Shown here one piece after another: positions 1 to 10,545 of a DNA stretch of 64,000 bases. The stretch's first letter is position 1; every line of letters starts with the position of its first letter. Below the pieces are notes generated by a model that worked only from the letters and a program-made list of their open reading frames with translations, made no database searches and was not told the origin of the DNA. The translations under genes and the position numbers were made by a program. Origin of the DNA: an uncultured delta proteobacterium (lineage in GTDB: Bacteria > Myxococcota_A > Polyangia > Haliangiales > Haliangiaceae); assembly GCA_963848295.1 (NCBI GenBank), contig CAWKDB010000002.1, positions 1,216,001 through 1,280,000 on the forward strand, in the 5' to 3' direction.

Positions 1-27
1 TGCCGCGACCGGGCGTGCGGTTTGTCC

Positions 28-1176
28 CTACTTACCGCCGAGGACGTTGCGCGCGATCACGATGCGCTGGATCTGCGACGTGCCTTCATAGATTTGTAAT
101 AGCTTCGCGTCGCGCATCAACTTCTCGACCGGGTACTCCTTCGTGTAGCCGTAGCCGCCGAAGATCTGCACGGCGTCGGTCGAGGCGCGCATGGCCGCGT
201 CCGCGCCGTACGCCTTGGCATAGCTCGACACGATGCTCGACAGGTCCCCCTTGTCGACCATCCAGGCCGCCTTGTGAGTCAACAGGCGCGTCGCTTCGTA
301 CGCGATCGCCATCTCGGCGAGCATGAACTGGATCGCCTGGTGCTGCGCGATCGGCACGCCGAACGTCTTGCGATCCAGCGAATAGGCTCGGCTTTCTTCC
401 AGCGACCTCCGAATCACTCCTGCGGCGGTCGCCGCGATCCACGGGCGCGACTTGTCGAACGTCTTCATCGCGATCTTGAAGCCCGCGTCTTCCGGCCCGA
501 GCAGCGCGGTCTTCGGGACCTTGACGTCCTCGAAGATCACGTCGGTGGTGTTCGACGCGCGCTGGCCCATCTTGTTTTCTTTGCGGCCGGCCTTGACGCC
601 TGGCGTGTTCGCATCGACGACGAAGCACGCGATGCCCTTGTGCTTCATCGCCGGATCGAAGGTCGCGAACACCGAGTAGAAGCTCGCGACCCCGCCGTTC
701 GTGATCCAGCGCTTCTGACCGTTCAGCACGTAGTCGTCGCCGTGCTTCGTGACCCGCGTGCGCATGCCGGCGACGTCGGAGCCGGCGTCGGGCTCGCTGC
801 AGCAGTAGGCACAGAACGTCAGCTCCTTCGTGAGGCGCGACAGATACTCCTTCTTCTGAGCGTCGGTGCCCGCGATGAGGATCGGCGTAGCCCCGAGCGA
901 GTTCGCCGCCATCGACGTGTTGATGCCCGAGCAACCGAACGAGACCTCTTCCTGGACGAGGCAGTTGTCGAGGCACGAGCCGCCGAGCCCGCCGTACGCC
1001 TCGGGGACCTCGACGTTCATGAGGCCGGTGTCCCAGGCGCGCTTGAAGATCTCGCGCGGAAACTCGCCAGTCTCGTCGAAGTGCGCCGCGCGCGGGATGA
1101 CCTCCTTGCGCGTGAAGTCGCGAGCGGTCTGGCTGAGGGCTTCCTGCTCTTCGCTGAGGCTGAGGTCCATGGCCAC
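28..1176 (-). CDS. Acyl-CoA dehydrogenase (short/medium-chain type)
   Basis: 382-aa ORF with ACAD motifs SEPDAGSD, NGQKRWITNG, GRKENKMG, QIFGGYGY and IYEGTSQIQR; ATG at 1170 is an alternative start. Confidence 0.96.
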   Translation of the reverse strand: MAMDLSLSEEQEALSQTARDFTRKEVIPRAAHFDETGEFPREIFKRAWDTGLMNVEVPEAYGGLGGSCLDNCLVQEEVSFGCSGINTSMAANSLGATPILIAGTDAQKKEYLSRLTKELTFCAYCCSEPDAGSDVAGMRTRVTKHGDDYVLNGQKRWITNGGVASFYSVFATFDPAMKHKGIACFVVDANTPGVKAGRKENKMGQRASNTTDVIFEDVKVPKTALLGPEDAGFKIAMKTFDKSRPWIAATAAGVIRRSLEESRAYSLDRKTFGVPIAQHQAIQFMLAEMAIAYEATRLLTHKAAWMVDKGDLSSIVSSYAKAYGADAAMRASTDAVQIFGGYGYTKEYPVEKLMRDAKLLQIYEGTSQIQRIVIARNVLGGK

Positions 1177-1211
1177 GGTTTACACCGCGTCGCGTGGCCT
1201 CGGAAGCGCCG

Positions 1212-1373
1212 GGGCCCCGTTCCGGGGGCCCCTCGTTGTAAGGACTCGGCCATCCTTGCTTCGCCGGACGGCCGATCGATCGAATCCAACTCGGGCCCCG
1301 TTCCGGGGGCCCCTCGTTGTAAGGACTCGGCCATCCTTGCTTCGCCGGACGGCCAATCGATCGAATCCAACTC
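1212..1373. repeat. Intergenic 81-bp direct tandem repeat, 2 copies with 1 mismatch, hairpin-rich
   Basis: 1212-1292 and 1293-1373 are identical except GGCCGATC vs GGCCAATC. Confidence 0.95.
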
Positions 1374-1377
1374 GGGG

Positions 1378-3351
1378 CTACTGGAAGCTGACGGAGTACG
1401 TACCGCGCCCGATGCCGTAGGCCGGCTTCGGGAACGTCCAGGTCGACAGCGCCGCTTGGATGCAGCCGCCGACCTTCGAGCCCTTCACGGTCGACGACAC
1501 CCCGCTGCGCGTCACCCTGCCGGCGGCGTTGATCTCGAAGGTGACGTTGACGTCGCCGTGGAGGTCGTCGGCGCCTTCGCACCGCGCGAGCTGCTTCGCG
1601 TGATCCGCGGCGATCTGTGCAATCAGGCCGCTCGACAGCAATGAGATCTGCGGCTCGGCCGGGGCGACCGGGACCGGCGCCGGTGCAGGCGCGGGCGCGG
1701 GCGCGGGCGTGGGCGTCGGTGGCGTCTCCGCGATCATCGGGTGGTGCGCCGGAGGCGTTGGCGCGGGTGGCGACGGCAAGACATGGGTCTTGTTGACCGT
1801 CCTCTCGGCGGGACGCTCGAAGTGCTCCGGCTGGTGCTCGGCCTTGTGCGCGGGAGGGGCGGGCGCCGGCGCCGGTTCCGGATCGGTCGTGGGCGGCGGC
1901 GTCGGTGCCGGCGTCGGCGTCGGATCGATGACGGGAGGTGGCGTAGGCGCGGGCGCAGGCGCAGGCGCGGGTGCAGCCGCTGGTGAGGGTGGATTCGCAG
2001 CGACCTCGGCGGTCGGGGCGCTGGCGTTCGACGTCGTGCTCCCCGGTGCGAGCTTCCACACCGCGACGATCGCGAGCGCGATCACGGGCAGCGCGACCAG
2101 CGCGATCTTCGCCGCCGGGCTCTTGCGCGGTGCCGCCGGCATCGGGCCCTGGCTCTGCCACGCTAGCTTCATGCTCGTGCGGGTGTCGACCGGTGGCGGC
2201 ACGCCGTCATTGGTCGGTTCCACCGCCCTGCCCATGATCGCGCCGCTGCGCCGGCGCTTGCCGTCGGTGATCGTCTTCGCTTCTTCGGTCTGGTCGGAGG
2301 CCGGCGTCTCCATGCCCTGGCGCGGGATCTCGGTCCAGCTGTTGCGCGCCACCTCCTGCGACGTGGCCTCGAGCGGCCGCGCATCGACCGCCGTCGCCCC
2401 GGTCGTGTCGAGCCACGGCTCCGGCCGCTCGCCAAACAGCTTGTGCATGTAGCCGGCGAGCGCGCCGGTCGACGCGGTCAGGCCGGCCTTGATCGCGAAC
2501 TTGTCGAGCGCCTGACGCAACTCGTCCGCGCTCTGGAACCGGCGCGTCGGATCGCTCGACAACGCGTGCATGATGATCGTCGACAGCTCGTTCGGTAGAT
2601 CGGGCCGGCGCACGCGCGGCAGCGGAATCTTGCCGTTGACGATCGCGTCCATCACCAGGTAGTCGTTCTCGCCTTTGAACAGCCGGGTCGTCGTCGACAG
2701 CTCGTAGAGCACGACACCGAGCGCGTAGACGTCGCTGCGCTTGTCGATCGGGCTGCCCTTGCACTGCTCCGGCGACATGTACGAGACCTTGCCCTTGAGG
2801 CTGCCGGACTTCGTCTCGACCGTGCGCATCGCCGCCTTCGCGATGCCGAAGTCGACGACCTTCACCGATCCGTCGTAGCCGATCAGGATGTTCGACGGAG
2901 AGACATCGCGGTGGACGATGTTGAGCGGCTTCTTGTCGCCACCTCGGCGCTCGTGGGCGTAGTGCAGACCGGCGGCCGCGGCCGACACGATCGCGACGAC
3001 GTAACCGAGCGGCATGTGGCTCTTGCTCTTCGAGACCGCGGACAAGATCTTACGCAGATCCTCGCCGTGGAGGTACTCCATCGCGAAGAAGTACTCGCCG
3101 TCTGCCTCGCCGATGTCGTGGACCTGCACGATGTTCTGGTGATGGAGGTTCGCGGCGAGCCGCGCTTCGTCCAGGAACATCTCGATGAACCGCTCGTCCT
3201 TCGCGTGCTCCGCGCGGATCCGCTTGACGACGACGTGCCGCTCGAACCCTTCGATGCCATCGGCGCGCGCGATCAACACGTCGGCCATTCCGCCCGAAGC
3301 GAGGTGCTTCAGGATGACGTACCGCCCGAGACGATCAGCACCCATGTTCAC
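1378..3351 (-). CDS. Hanks-type Ser/Thr protein kinase with TM helix, Pro-rich linker and C-terminal TonB-C/AgmX-like domain
   Basis: GGMADV, VVVKR, HRDVSPSN, DFG and YMSPEQ motifs; TM IALVALPVIALAIVAVW; C-terminal FEINAAGRV...WTFP. Confidence 0.93.
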   Translation of the reverse strand: MNMGADRLGRYVILKHLASGGMADVLIARADGIEGFERHVVVKRIRAEHAKDERFIEMFLDEARLAANLHHQNIVQVHDIGEADGEYFFAMEYLHGEDLRKILSAVSKSKSHMPLGYVVAIVSAAAAGLHYAHERRGGDKKPLNIVHRDVSPSNILIGYDGSVKVVDFGIAKAAMRTVETKSGSLKGKVSYMSPEQCKGSPIDKRSDVYALGVVLYELSTTTRLFKGENDYLVMDAIVNGKIPLPRVRRPDLPNELSTIIMHALSSDPTRRFQSADELRQALDKFAIKAGLTASTGALAGYMHKLFGERPEPWLDTTGATAVDARPLEATSQEVARNSWTEIPRQGMETPASDQTEEAKTITDGKRRRSGAIMGRAVEPTNDGVPPPVDTRTSMKLAWQSQGPMPAAPRKSPAAKIALVALPVIALAIVAVWKLAPGSTTSNASAPTAEVAANPPSPAAAPAPAPAPAPTPPPVIDPTPTPAPTPPPTTDPEPAPAPAPPAHKAEHQPEHFERPAERTVNKTHVLPSPPAPTPPAHHPMIAETPPTPTPAPAPAPAPAPVPVAPAEPQISLLSSGLIAQIAADHAKQLARCEGADDLHGDVNVTFEINAAGRVTRSGVSSTVKGSKVGGCIQAALSTWTFPKPAYGIGRGTYSVSFQ

Positions 3352-3415
3352 AATGGTAAGGACTTTGAGCCGATCGGATCAAGTCTAGCGACGCGCGTGC
3401 TAGCGTTGCACCTAC

Positions 3416-4174
<759 letters not shown>

Positions 4175-4245
4175 CTCGCCCTGCCGGGCCCCATCTCGCC
4201 AGCTTGCAGTTGGCCCGGCGCCCTTCACGCATCCGTGCCCGTACA

Positions 4246-4537
<292 letters not shown>

Positions 4538-4546
4538 CGAGGCCGA

Positions 4547-4624
4547 GCGTCTCATCGCGCGCGTGCCTGCTCTCCGGGGCATCCCTCGCGGCGACGCCGC
4601 GCTCAGCGACGAGATCGCGAACGC
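4547..4624 (+). repeat. Extra direct copy of the 3' ~80 bp of the left arm
   Basis: Near-identical to 4459-4538 (GCGTCTCATCGCGCGC...GAGATCGCGAACGC). Confidence 0.9.
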
Positions 4625-4741
4625 TGGTCGCCAAACATACGGAGGGCGTGACCGCGTAGCTATGCCGCTCTGCAAGTCTCGCCAACAACGTATGAGCGGA
4701 GCCCCTCATGGCGGGACGATGGCGCTGCTATGGTCGCGAAG

Positions 4742-5056
4742 ATGTCGCCGACATGGATCGCCGAACAGCAGGTTGTCTTCCTGTATCCCGACGGACGGCG
4801 CAACGTCGGCCGGATCGCGGTGGGGATTCCCGTGCAGATCGACGCGCGTGAAGCGCACTGTGGGGTCGCGCTCGACGGATTCCACACGCCCCCTGGTCCG
4901 ATCGTCGGCGCGTCGACGCTGCAGGCGCTCTTGCTCGCGGCTCGGTTCCTGGGCATGCGGCTCCACGATTTCCGATCCAAGGGTGGTCGTGTACTCGATC
5001 CCGCGGACGATTCGGACGTGCCCTTGGACGCGCTGTTCGGCGTACTCCTCCAGTAG
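4742..5056 (+). CDS. Small hypothetical protein, DUF6968-like
   Basis: 104 aa from ATG 4742 (ORF open from 4730); pattern IAEQQVVF..GRIAVGIP..C..G.STLQALLLA resembles DUF6968 from memory; TGCTATGGT lies 7 nt upstream of the ATG. Confidence 0.7.
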   Translation: MSPTWIAEQQVVFLYPDGRRNVGRIAVGIPVQIDAREAHCGVALDGFHTPPGPIVGASTLQALLLAARFLGMRLHDFRSKGGRVLDPADDSDVPLDALFGVLLQ

Positions 5057-5110
5057 GCGCAGTCGACGACATCCCATGCCCGCCGCCGGGATCGGCGAGC
5101 GCACGAGGAA

Positions 5111-5166
5111 CTAGACCCAGTCGGGTCACACCCGGGGCAACCCGACTGGAGCTAGAACTAGGTTCT
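5111..5166. repeat. CTAG-bounded hairpin plus adjacent short palindrome
   Basis: CCAGTCGGGT (5117-5126) / ACCCGACTGG (5140-5149) flanked by CTAG at 5111 and 5152; AGAAC-TAG-GTTCT at 5154-5166. Confidence 0.75.
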
Positions 5167-5228
5167 CGAGGCCGCGCGCAGCCCGAGTCCGCTCGCGCGC
5201 GATTAACTCTAGAGCGTGATCTCGCGCC

Positions 5229-5462
5229 CGTTCGCGATCTCGTCGCTGAGCGCGGCGTCGCCGCGAGGGATGCCTCGGAGAGCGACGGCAGGCGCGCGAA
5301 GAGACGCTGGGCCACGCGGTCAACACGCCAACTCGCGCGCAGCGCGATCGCCGCGCAGCGGCGTCGCTCCGCGAAGACGCCGGAACCACCACGGCCAGCG
5401 CCGTCGCCGGAGCGGGTCCGAGGCACCCTCGCAAGGCAGCCGCGCGAAGCGTTCGCGATCTC
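5229..5462 (-). repeat. Right arm of 234-bp inverted repeat
   Basis: Reverse complement matches 4304-4537. Confidence 0.95.
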
Positions 5463-5554
5463 GATCTTCGCGAGTCGCGATCTCGCCAGAGCAAGCGTGC
5501 GAGCTGGGCGCCGGGCCCACTGCGAGTCTTCGAGGTGTGGCCCGGCGGCGCGGC

Positions 5555-5785
5555 CTAGGTAGCAGGCTTATCGGCATCGGCATCGGCGTCGTCACCGGAA
5601 GGAGCTGGAGCAGAGCCCTTCGCCGCGCGGCGGGCGGCCCGAGCCGTCTGCGCCGCGAGCCGTTCTTCTTCGCGGCGCTGCGCGAGATCGAAGTGGTTGC
5701 GCGCCGCGCGCGTGCCGAAGATGAAGCCGAGGAACATCCCGACCATCAACACGCCCGGGATGAAGATGACGTGCTCTGGCGTCAT
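5555..5785 (-). CDS. Small single-TM membrane protein, last gene of the ccm operon
   Basis: 76 aa MTPEHVIFIPGVLMVGMFLGFIFG...; ATGA overlap with the upstream stop. Confidence 0.75.
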   Translation of the reverse strand: MTPEHVIFIPGVLMVGMFLGFIFGTRAARNHFDLAQRREEERLAAQTARAARRAAKGSAPAPSGDDADADADKPAT

Positions 5786-6204
5786 GCGCTCTCCTTCGCA
5801 GCCGCCTCGAGATCCTTTCGCAGCTGCGCGATCTCGAGCTTGAGCGCTTGCTGGCGCCGCCACAAGAACAACACGAACCCCGCGGCGATCAGCCACATCG
5901 CGATGTACGCGAGCACGACGTGGCGCTCGTCTTTCTGGATGTGATGGTCGGCGTCGAGGTGCGCCTTCTTGACGACGTCGTCGTTCGCCTGGTCGCCGCA
6001 CCACTTCTTGGCGTCATCGGCGGACAGGTGATGCCCGATCTCGATCACCATCTGCCCGGCGAACGTCGGATCCGCCTTCATCGCCGCGAAGCACGCATCG
6101 GGCTTCGCCGGCTCCGGCGGTGCGGGTTGCGCCGAGGCGGCGCGTGCGAGCCCGAGGACCCCAGCGAGAGCGACGACTGTGATGGCCGTGATCGCGAGCT
6201 TCAT
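5782..6204 (-). CDS. ccmD: CcmD-like protein with N-terminal exported extension
   Basis: Directly follows ccmC (ATGA overlap); C-terminus HVVLAYIAMWLIAAGFVLFLWRRQQALKLEIAQL is CcmD-like; N-terminal signal peptide. Confidence 0.6.
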   Translation of the reverse strand: MKLAITAITVVALAGVLGLARAASAQPAPPEPAKPDACFAAMKADPTFAGQMVIEIGHHLSADDAKKWCGDQANDDVVKKAHLDADHHIQKDERHVVLAYIAMWLIAAGFVLFLWRRQQALKLEIAQLRKDLEAAAKESA

Positions 6205-6914
6205 GACAGCACTCCCAGGTCGAGCCCGCGCTCGCGCAGCTCGCGGACCTCGCGCTCGGCGCGCGTGCCTTGGAGCCGGACGAGCACGAGCGCGATGAAC
6301 CAGAACAAGAACGCAGCGACGCTGAGCCAGAACGCGAGCAGGTACGACGTGCCGAGCGTCGCGACCACGCCGTTCGCGCCCGACGGTGGATGTGAATCCT
6401 GGCCGACCATCGTGTAGATGAACGGCACGCCGACCATGCCGAAGATCGCCATGCCCGCGGCGATCCGATCGGCGCTCGGGCCGGCGAACCTGCGCACGAG
6501 CATGCAGCCGACGAGGATCAGCCACAACAGCAGCGACATCGTCAGGCGCGGCTCGGTGTTCCACCACACGTCCCACGCCGCTTTCGCCCAGATCGAGCCG
6601 GTCACGAGGACCACGAGCCCGAACGCGACCGCGACCTCGGTCGCCGAGCTCGCGATATCGTCCCACTTGGCCTTGCGCGTCTTGAGGAACAGCGCCGACG
6701 AGATGCCCGCGACGAACACCGCGATGAACAACATGAACGCGTGCGCGACGTGGAAGTAGAAGATCTTGTGGTTGAAGAACAGGCTGTTCGGATCGAGCCG
6801 GCCGTCCGCGGTGTACGCGTATTGTAGCGGCGCCTCGAAGAAGATGAACCACAGCGCGACCGCGAAGCCGATCGCGGCGAGCGTGACGAACACCGGAATC
6901 AGCCGATTGCTCAT
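6201..6914 (-). CDS. ccmC: Heme exporter / cytochrome c biogenesis protein CcmC
   Basis: KIFYFHV, TGSIWAKAAWDVWWNTEPRLT (Trp-rich motif) and SHP; follows ccmB. Confidence 0.9.
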   Translation of the reverse strand: MSNRLIPVFVTLAAIGFAVALWFIFFEAPLQYAYTADGRLDPNSLFFNHKIFYFHVAHAFMLFIAVFVAGISSALFLKTRKAKWDDIASSATEVAVAFGLVVLVTGSIWAKAAWDVWWNTEPRLTMSLLLWLILVGCMLVRRFAGPSADRIAAGMAIFGMVGVPFIYTMVGQDSHPPSGANGVVATLGTSYLLAFWLSVAAFLFWFIALVLVRLQGTRAEREVRELRERGLDLGVLS

Positions 6915-7594
6915 TCGATCACCAGGGACTCGAAGACCCACAAGGACAGTACCAGGAACGCGAGGTCGTAGATTCCGAGGAACTCGATCCAGTACCAGGC
7001 CGCGCCGAGGTTCGGGCGCTTGGCCACTAGCGCCGCGGTCGCCTTCGTGCCGGCCACGAACAGCGGGACGAGCAGCGGGTACAGGATGACCGGTAACAGG
7101 ACGTCGCGCGAGCGGACCTTGAGCAGGGTCGCGGCAAAGACCGAGCCGACGACCGCGAATCCGATCACGCCGAGCAGCACCGCGAGCACGAGCTGGAGCG
7201 GAAAGTCGAACAGCGGCGCGTTCAAGAACAGCGCGAGCAGCGGGACCACCACGACCGCGACCGCGAGCACGAGCGCCGCGATCGAGATCGCCTTGCCGAG
7301 AAACACCGCGAGGCGCGGCACCGGAGACAGCAGCAGCGCGCGCATCGTGTCGTTCTCGCGCTCGCGATCGAACGCGCGGCCCAGGCCGATCGTGCCGGTG
7401 AACGCGAGCGCGGCCCACAACATGCCGGCGACCGAGCCGCGGATCGCGCGGTCGTCGTGCGGAAACGCGAACGTGTTGATCACGACGAGCAGCCCGCCGA
7501 AGAACGCCATCGTGTAGACGATCTCGCGGCTGCGCAGCTCGACTCGAAGATCCTTCCAGGCGATCCGCGCGATCTGACTCAGCATGCCCTGCAT
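6911..7594 (-). CDS. ccmB: Heme exporter permease CcmB
   Basis: WKDLRVELRSRE, FDRERENDT and LLPVILYPLLVP; multi-TM; ATG 7585 is an alternative start. Confidence 0.92.
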   Translation of the reverse strand: MQGMLSQIARIAWKDLRVELRSREIVYTMAFFGGLLVVINTFAFPHDDRAIRGSVAGMLWAALAFTGTIGLGRAFDRERENDTMRALLLSPVPRLAVFLGKAISIAALVLAVAVVVVPLLALFLNAPLFDFPLQLVLAVLLGVIGFAVVGSVFAATLLKVRSRDVLLPVILYPLLVPLFVAGTKATAALVAKRPNLGAAWYWIEFLGIYDLAFLVLSLWVFESLVIE

Positions 7595-7648
7595 CCCGTC
7601 CTCGTACTCGTACCCGATCCGTGCTCGGTCGGTGGGCTCGCGCGGCGC

Positions 7649-8413
7649 CTAGTTCGCGCGCTGATGATAGATCTCCTTGAGCCGCTCGTAGCTGTAACCC
7701 TCGCCGCGCTCCTCGAACACGAGCTGGCCGCGGCGCAGGATCGCGACGTGGTCGGTGCGGCCGGCGATCGCCTCGAGATCGTGCGTGACCACGACGACGA
7801 TCGCGCCTTGCGCCTTGAGCTCGCCGAGTTGCTCGCCGAGGCCGAGCGCGCCGTCGCGGTCGAGCCCGGTGAACGGCTCGTCGAGCAGGACGAGCGACGG
7901 CTTCGTGAGCAACGCGCGAGCGAGCGACAGCCGCTGCAGCATGCCGCGCGAGTAGGTGCGCGCCGCTCGGCCGCGGGCTCGCGCATCGAGGCCGACGCGA
8001 TCGAGCAGCGCATCGATGTCGGCGCGCGTCGCGGCGGCGCCGTACAGCCCGGCGAACAGCTCGAGGTTCTCGTGCGCGGATAGCTCGCCGTAACACAGCG
8101 ACGCGTGCGCGAGCATCCCGATGTGACGGCGGACCGCCTCGGCCCCGAGCTCGCGGTCGCCGGCGCGATAGCTGACCGTGCCGCCGCTAGGCCGGACCAA
8201 CGTCGACAGGATGCCGAGCAGCGTCGTCTTGCCCGCGCCGTTGTGACCGAGCAACGCGCACATCGCGCCGGCGCGCAGCTCGAGCGTCACCCCGGCGAGC
8301 GCGCGCTCGCTGCCGTACCGCTTCGCGACCTTCTCGACCGCGACGTGCTCGACGGCGGCGGCTTGCCGGCCGCCGGATGGCGGTGCGGTTCGTTCGCCCG
8401 GGGTCAGTCCCAC
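7649..8413 (-). CDS. ccmA: ABC ATPase CcmA
   Basis: [17 protein letters not shown] and [10 protein letters not shown]; upstream of ccmB; GTG start at 8413 is inferred. Confidence 0.88.
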   Translation of the reverse strand: MGLTPGERTAPPSGGRQAAAVEHVAVEKVAKRYGSERALAGVTLELRAGAMCALLGHNGAGKTTLLGILSTLVRPSGGTVSYRAGDRELGAEAVRRHIGMLAHASLCYGELSAHENLELFAGLYGAAATRADIDALLDRVGLDARARGRAARTYSRGMLQRLSLARALLTKPSLVLLDEPFTGLDRDGALGLGEQLGELKAQGAIVVVVTHDLEAIAGRTDHVAILRRGQLVFEERGEGYSYERLKEIYHQRAN

Positions 8414-10545
8414 AGATCCTCGAGCTGGGACTTGAGCGCGGCACGGCGAGCCATGTCGCCGCCGGTACGCTCGAGCTCGACCAGCTCGTCGAGCAACTTG
8501 CGCTTGGTCGCGGCGCGCCCCGGATCCTCGTCGCCCTCGCCGGGCCGCCGTTTCATCGCGAACCACAGACCGGCGAGCATCGCCGACACCGCGAGCAGTC
8601 CGACGAATCGCGGCACCCACCGCGTCCACGCCGCGGCCGACGGCAACCCGCGGATCGTCATCGACATCGACCGCTTCGGAAGGATCGTGATCGGCGCGAG
8701 CACCTTGAACGTCACGTCGCCTTGCTTGACCTCTTTGGACTTGACCCCGTCGGGCAGCGTCAGCTCCATCCCGGGCGTCTCGAGCACCGCGAGCTGGCTC
8801 TGGTACGAGCCGAGCGGCAGATCGAGCTCCCACGACACCGCGCCGTTCTGGACGGGCAGCGAGAAGCCGCCGTTGAACGGCCGGCCGCCCGGCGGAATCG
8901 GTCGCACGATCTTGAACCCCTTGTCGGCGTCGACCGAGACCTCGGCCTGATCCTTCTCGTTGACCGCGGCGCCTTTGAACCCGGCCGGCAACGGGATCAC
9001 GATGCCGTCGGGGCCGCCCGAGTACGGCGCCCACGACGTGTTCGAGACCTCGAACTCGCCGCGCACGCCGAGGAACGCGTCGTCGAAGTTCGCGTCGAGC
9101 CGGAACGTGAACAGCGAGCGCGGATAGACGTAGATCGAGACGTGGGTACCGTGCGCGTCGACCGGCTGGAACGGCAGCGAGCGATAGAGCTGGCCGCGAT
9201 TGACCGACTCCGCGTACATCACCGCAGGTGGATTCGGGACGTCGAACGACGTCTCGTATTTGCCGCGTGACGGCCATTCGGCGGCGACGTCGAGCCGGCC
9301 ACCGGTCTTCGAGACGTCGAACGGATTCGAGATCAACGGCTTGCCGTTGATCGTGAGCAGCGCTTTCTGCTTCGCCGCCTTTGGCACTTCCATGTGGACC
9401 CAGCCGTCGGCCGCGGTCGTGGCGACGACGCCAGCCTTCGCGTCGGTCGAGTCGGCGGGCATGATCCGGACTTCGATGTTCGGGATCGGCTCGTTCTTGC
9501 CGACCGGACCGCCATGCAGCTGGATCTCGACGACGCCTGCCGGGAAGTCCTGCTGCGGCTGGAACTGCGCTTCGGCTTCGACATCGCGCGGATCGGGTGG
9601 CGACAGCAGCGCCGCCGCGGTCGCGATCTCCTTGCGCGTCGCCGCGTCGTACAGGTGGACCTTCGCGGTCGTCTCGGGCACACCTTCGAGCGTCACCGCG
9701 ACCTTGCCGGCGGGCATCTTGTCGTCCTGATGCTCGAGCTTTGTCAGGTCATCGATCGGCGGAGTGGCCGCGTCGCGCTTGTCGCTCGACAGGAACATCA
9801 CGACGCCGAGCTGGGCGTCGAGCACCGCGGGGTTCGAGAACAACCGATCGATCCCGCCGCTGCGCGGTAGCTTCGTCATCGCGAAGTACGACGTCGAACC
9901 GGTCGGATCGAGGTCGGTGAACTCGACCCGGCCGTGCGCGTCGGAGTCGAGCGCGACGACCGAGACCGTGTCGTCGGACTTGTAGCCGACGAGGAACACC
10001 TTCGCGCCGACGGCCGGATCCTTGAGATCGTCGTAGACGACGGTCACTCCGATCGAACCGGGGCTGTTCGATTGTTCGCCGCGCGCTTGACCGCTGATCT
10101 TGCGCGGCTCGGGCATGCCACCGCGGCCACCCGCCGCGATCGGTGGACCACCACCTGCGCCGGTCCACGGCCGCGTCGTCAACATCAGCTTGACGCCGCC
10201 CGAATCCGGGACGTTGAAGCTGTCCGACGTGACGTCCTTGTTTCCGGCATCGGTGATCTTCGCCTGCACGGTCGCGCCGCTCGGTAGATCCTTGAACAGC
10301 GCGTGACCTCCGGCGTCGGTGCGCGCCTCGCGGGGTGTGCCGTTGACGGTCAGCGTGACGACGCTATCGGCGACCGGCGACTGCGGCCCTCCGGCGACGA
10401 CGAATACCGTCACCGTGCCGCGCGGCAGATCGCCCGAAGGCAACGGCGTGCCGATCGCCGCGGCGGGCTGGGCGACCGCGTCTCGCGGAAGGCTGGTCGC
10501 GACGACCGCGAGCGCTGCGGCGAACAAGATCCGGACCGCGCTCAC
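8404..10545 (-). CDS. Large exported, C-terminally anchored protein with carboxypeptidase-regulatory-like beta-sandwich repeats
   Basis: 713 aa from GTG (GTGA overlap); signal peptide; repeated TDAGG/SDAHG/TAADG motifs; TM near the C-terminus followed by [12 protein letters not shown]. Confidence 0.75.
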   Translation of the reverse strand: MSAVRILFAAALAVVATSLPRDAVAQPAAAIGTPLPSGDLPRGTVTVFVVAGGPQSPVADSVVTLTVNGTPREARTDAGGHALFKDLPSGATVQAKITDAGNKDVTSDSFNVPDSGGVKLMLTTRPWTGAGGGPPIAAGGRGGMPEPRKISGQARGEQSNSPGSIGVTVVYDDLKDPAVGAKVFLVGYKSDDTVSVVALDSDAHGRVEFTDLDPTGSTSYFAMTKLPRSGGIDRLFSNPAVLDAQLGVVMFLSSDKRDAATPPIDDLTKLEHQDDKMPAGKVAVTLEGVPETTAKVHLYDAATRKEIATAAALLSPPDPRDVEAEAQFQPQQDFPAGVVEIQLHGGPVGKNEPIPNIEVRIMPADSTDAKAGVVATTAADGWVHMEVPKAAKQKALLTINGKPLISNPFDVSKTGGRLDVAAEWPSRGKYETSFDVPNPPAVMYAESVNRGQLYRSLPFQPVDAHGTHVSIYVYPRSLFTFRLDANFDDAFLGVRGEFEVSNTSWAPYSGGPDGIVIPLPAGFKGAAVNEKDQAEVSVDADKGFKIVRPIPPGGRPFNGGFSLPVQNGAVSWELDLPLGSYQSQLAVLETPGMELTLPDGVKSKEVKQGDVTFKVLAPITILPKRSMSMTIRGLPSAAAWTRWVPRFVGLLAVSAMLAGLWFAMKRRPGEGDEDPGRAATKRKLLDELVELERTGGDMARRAALKSQLEDLWD

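Noticed and set aside
1212..1373. CRISPR array
   Set aside because: The units abut with no unique spacers, and there are no cas genes in the window
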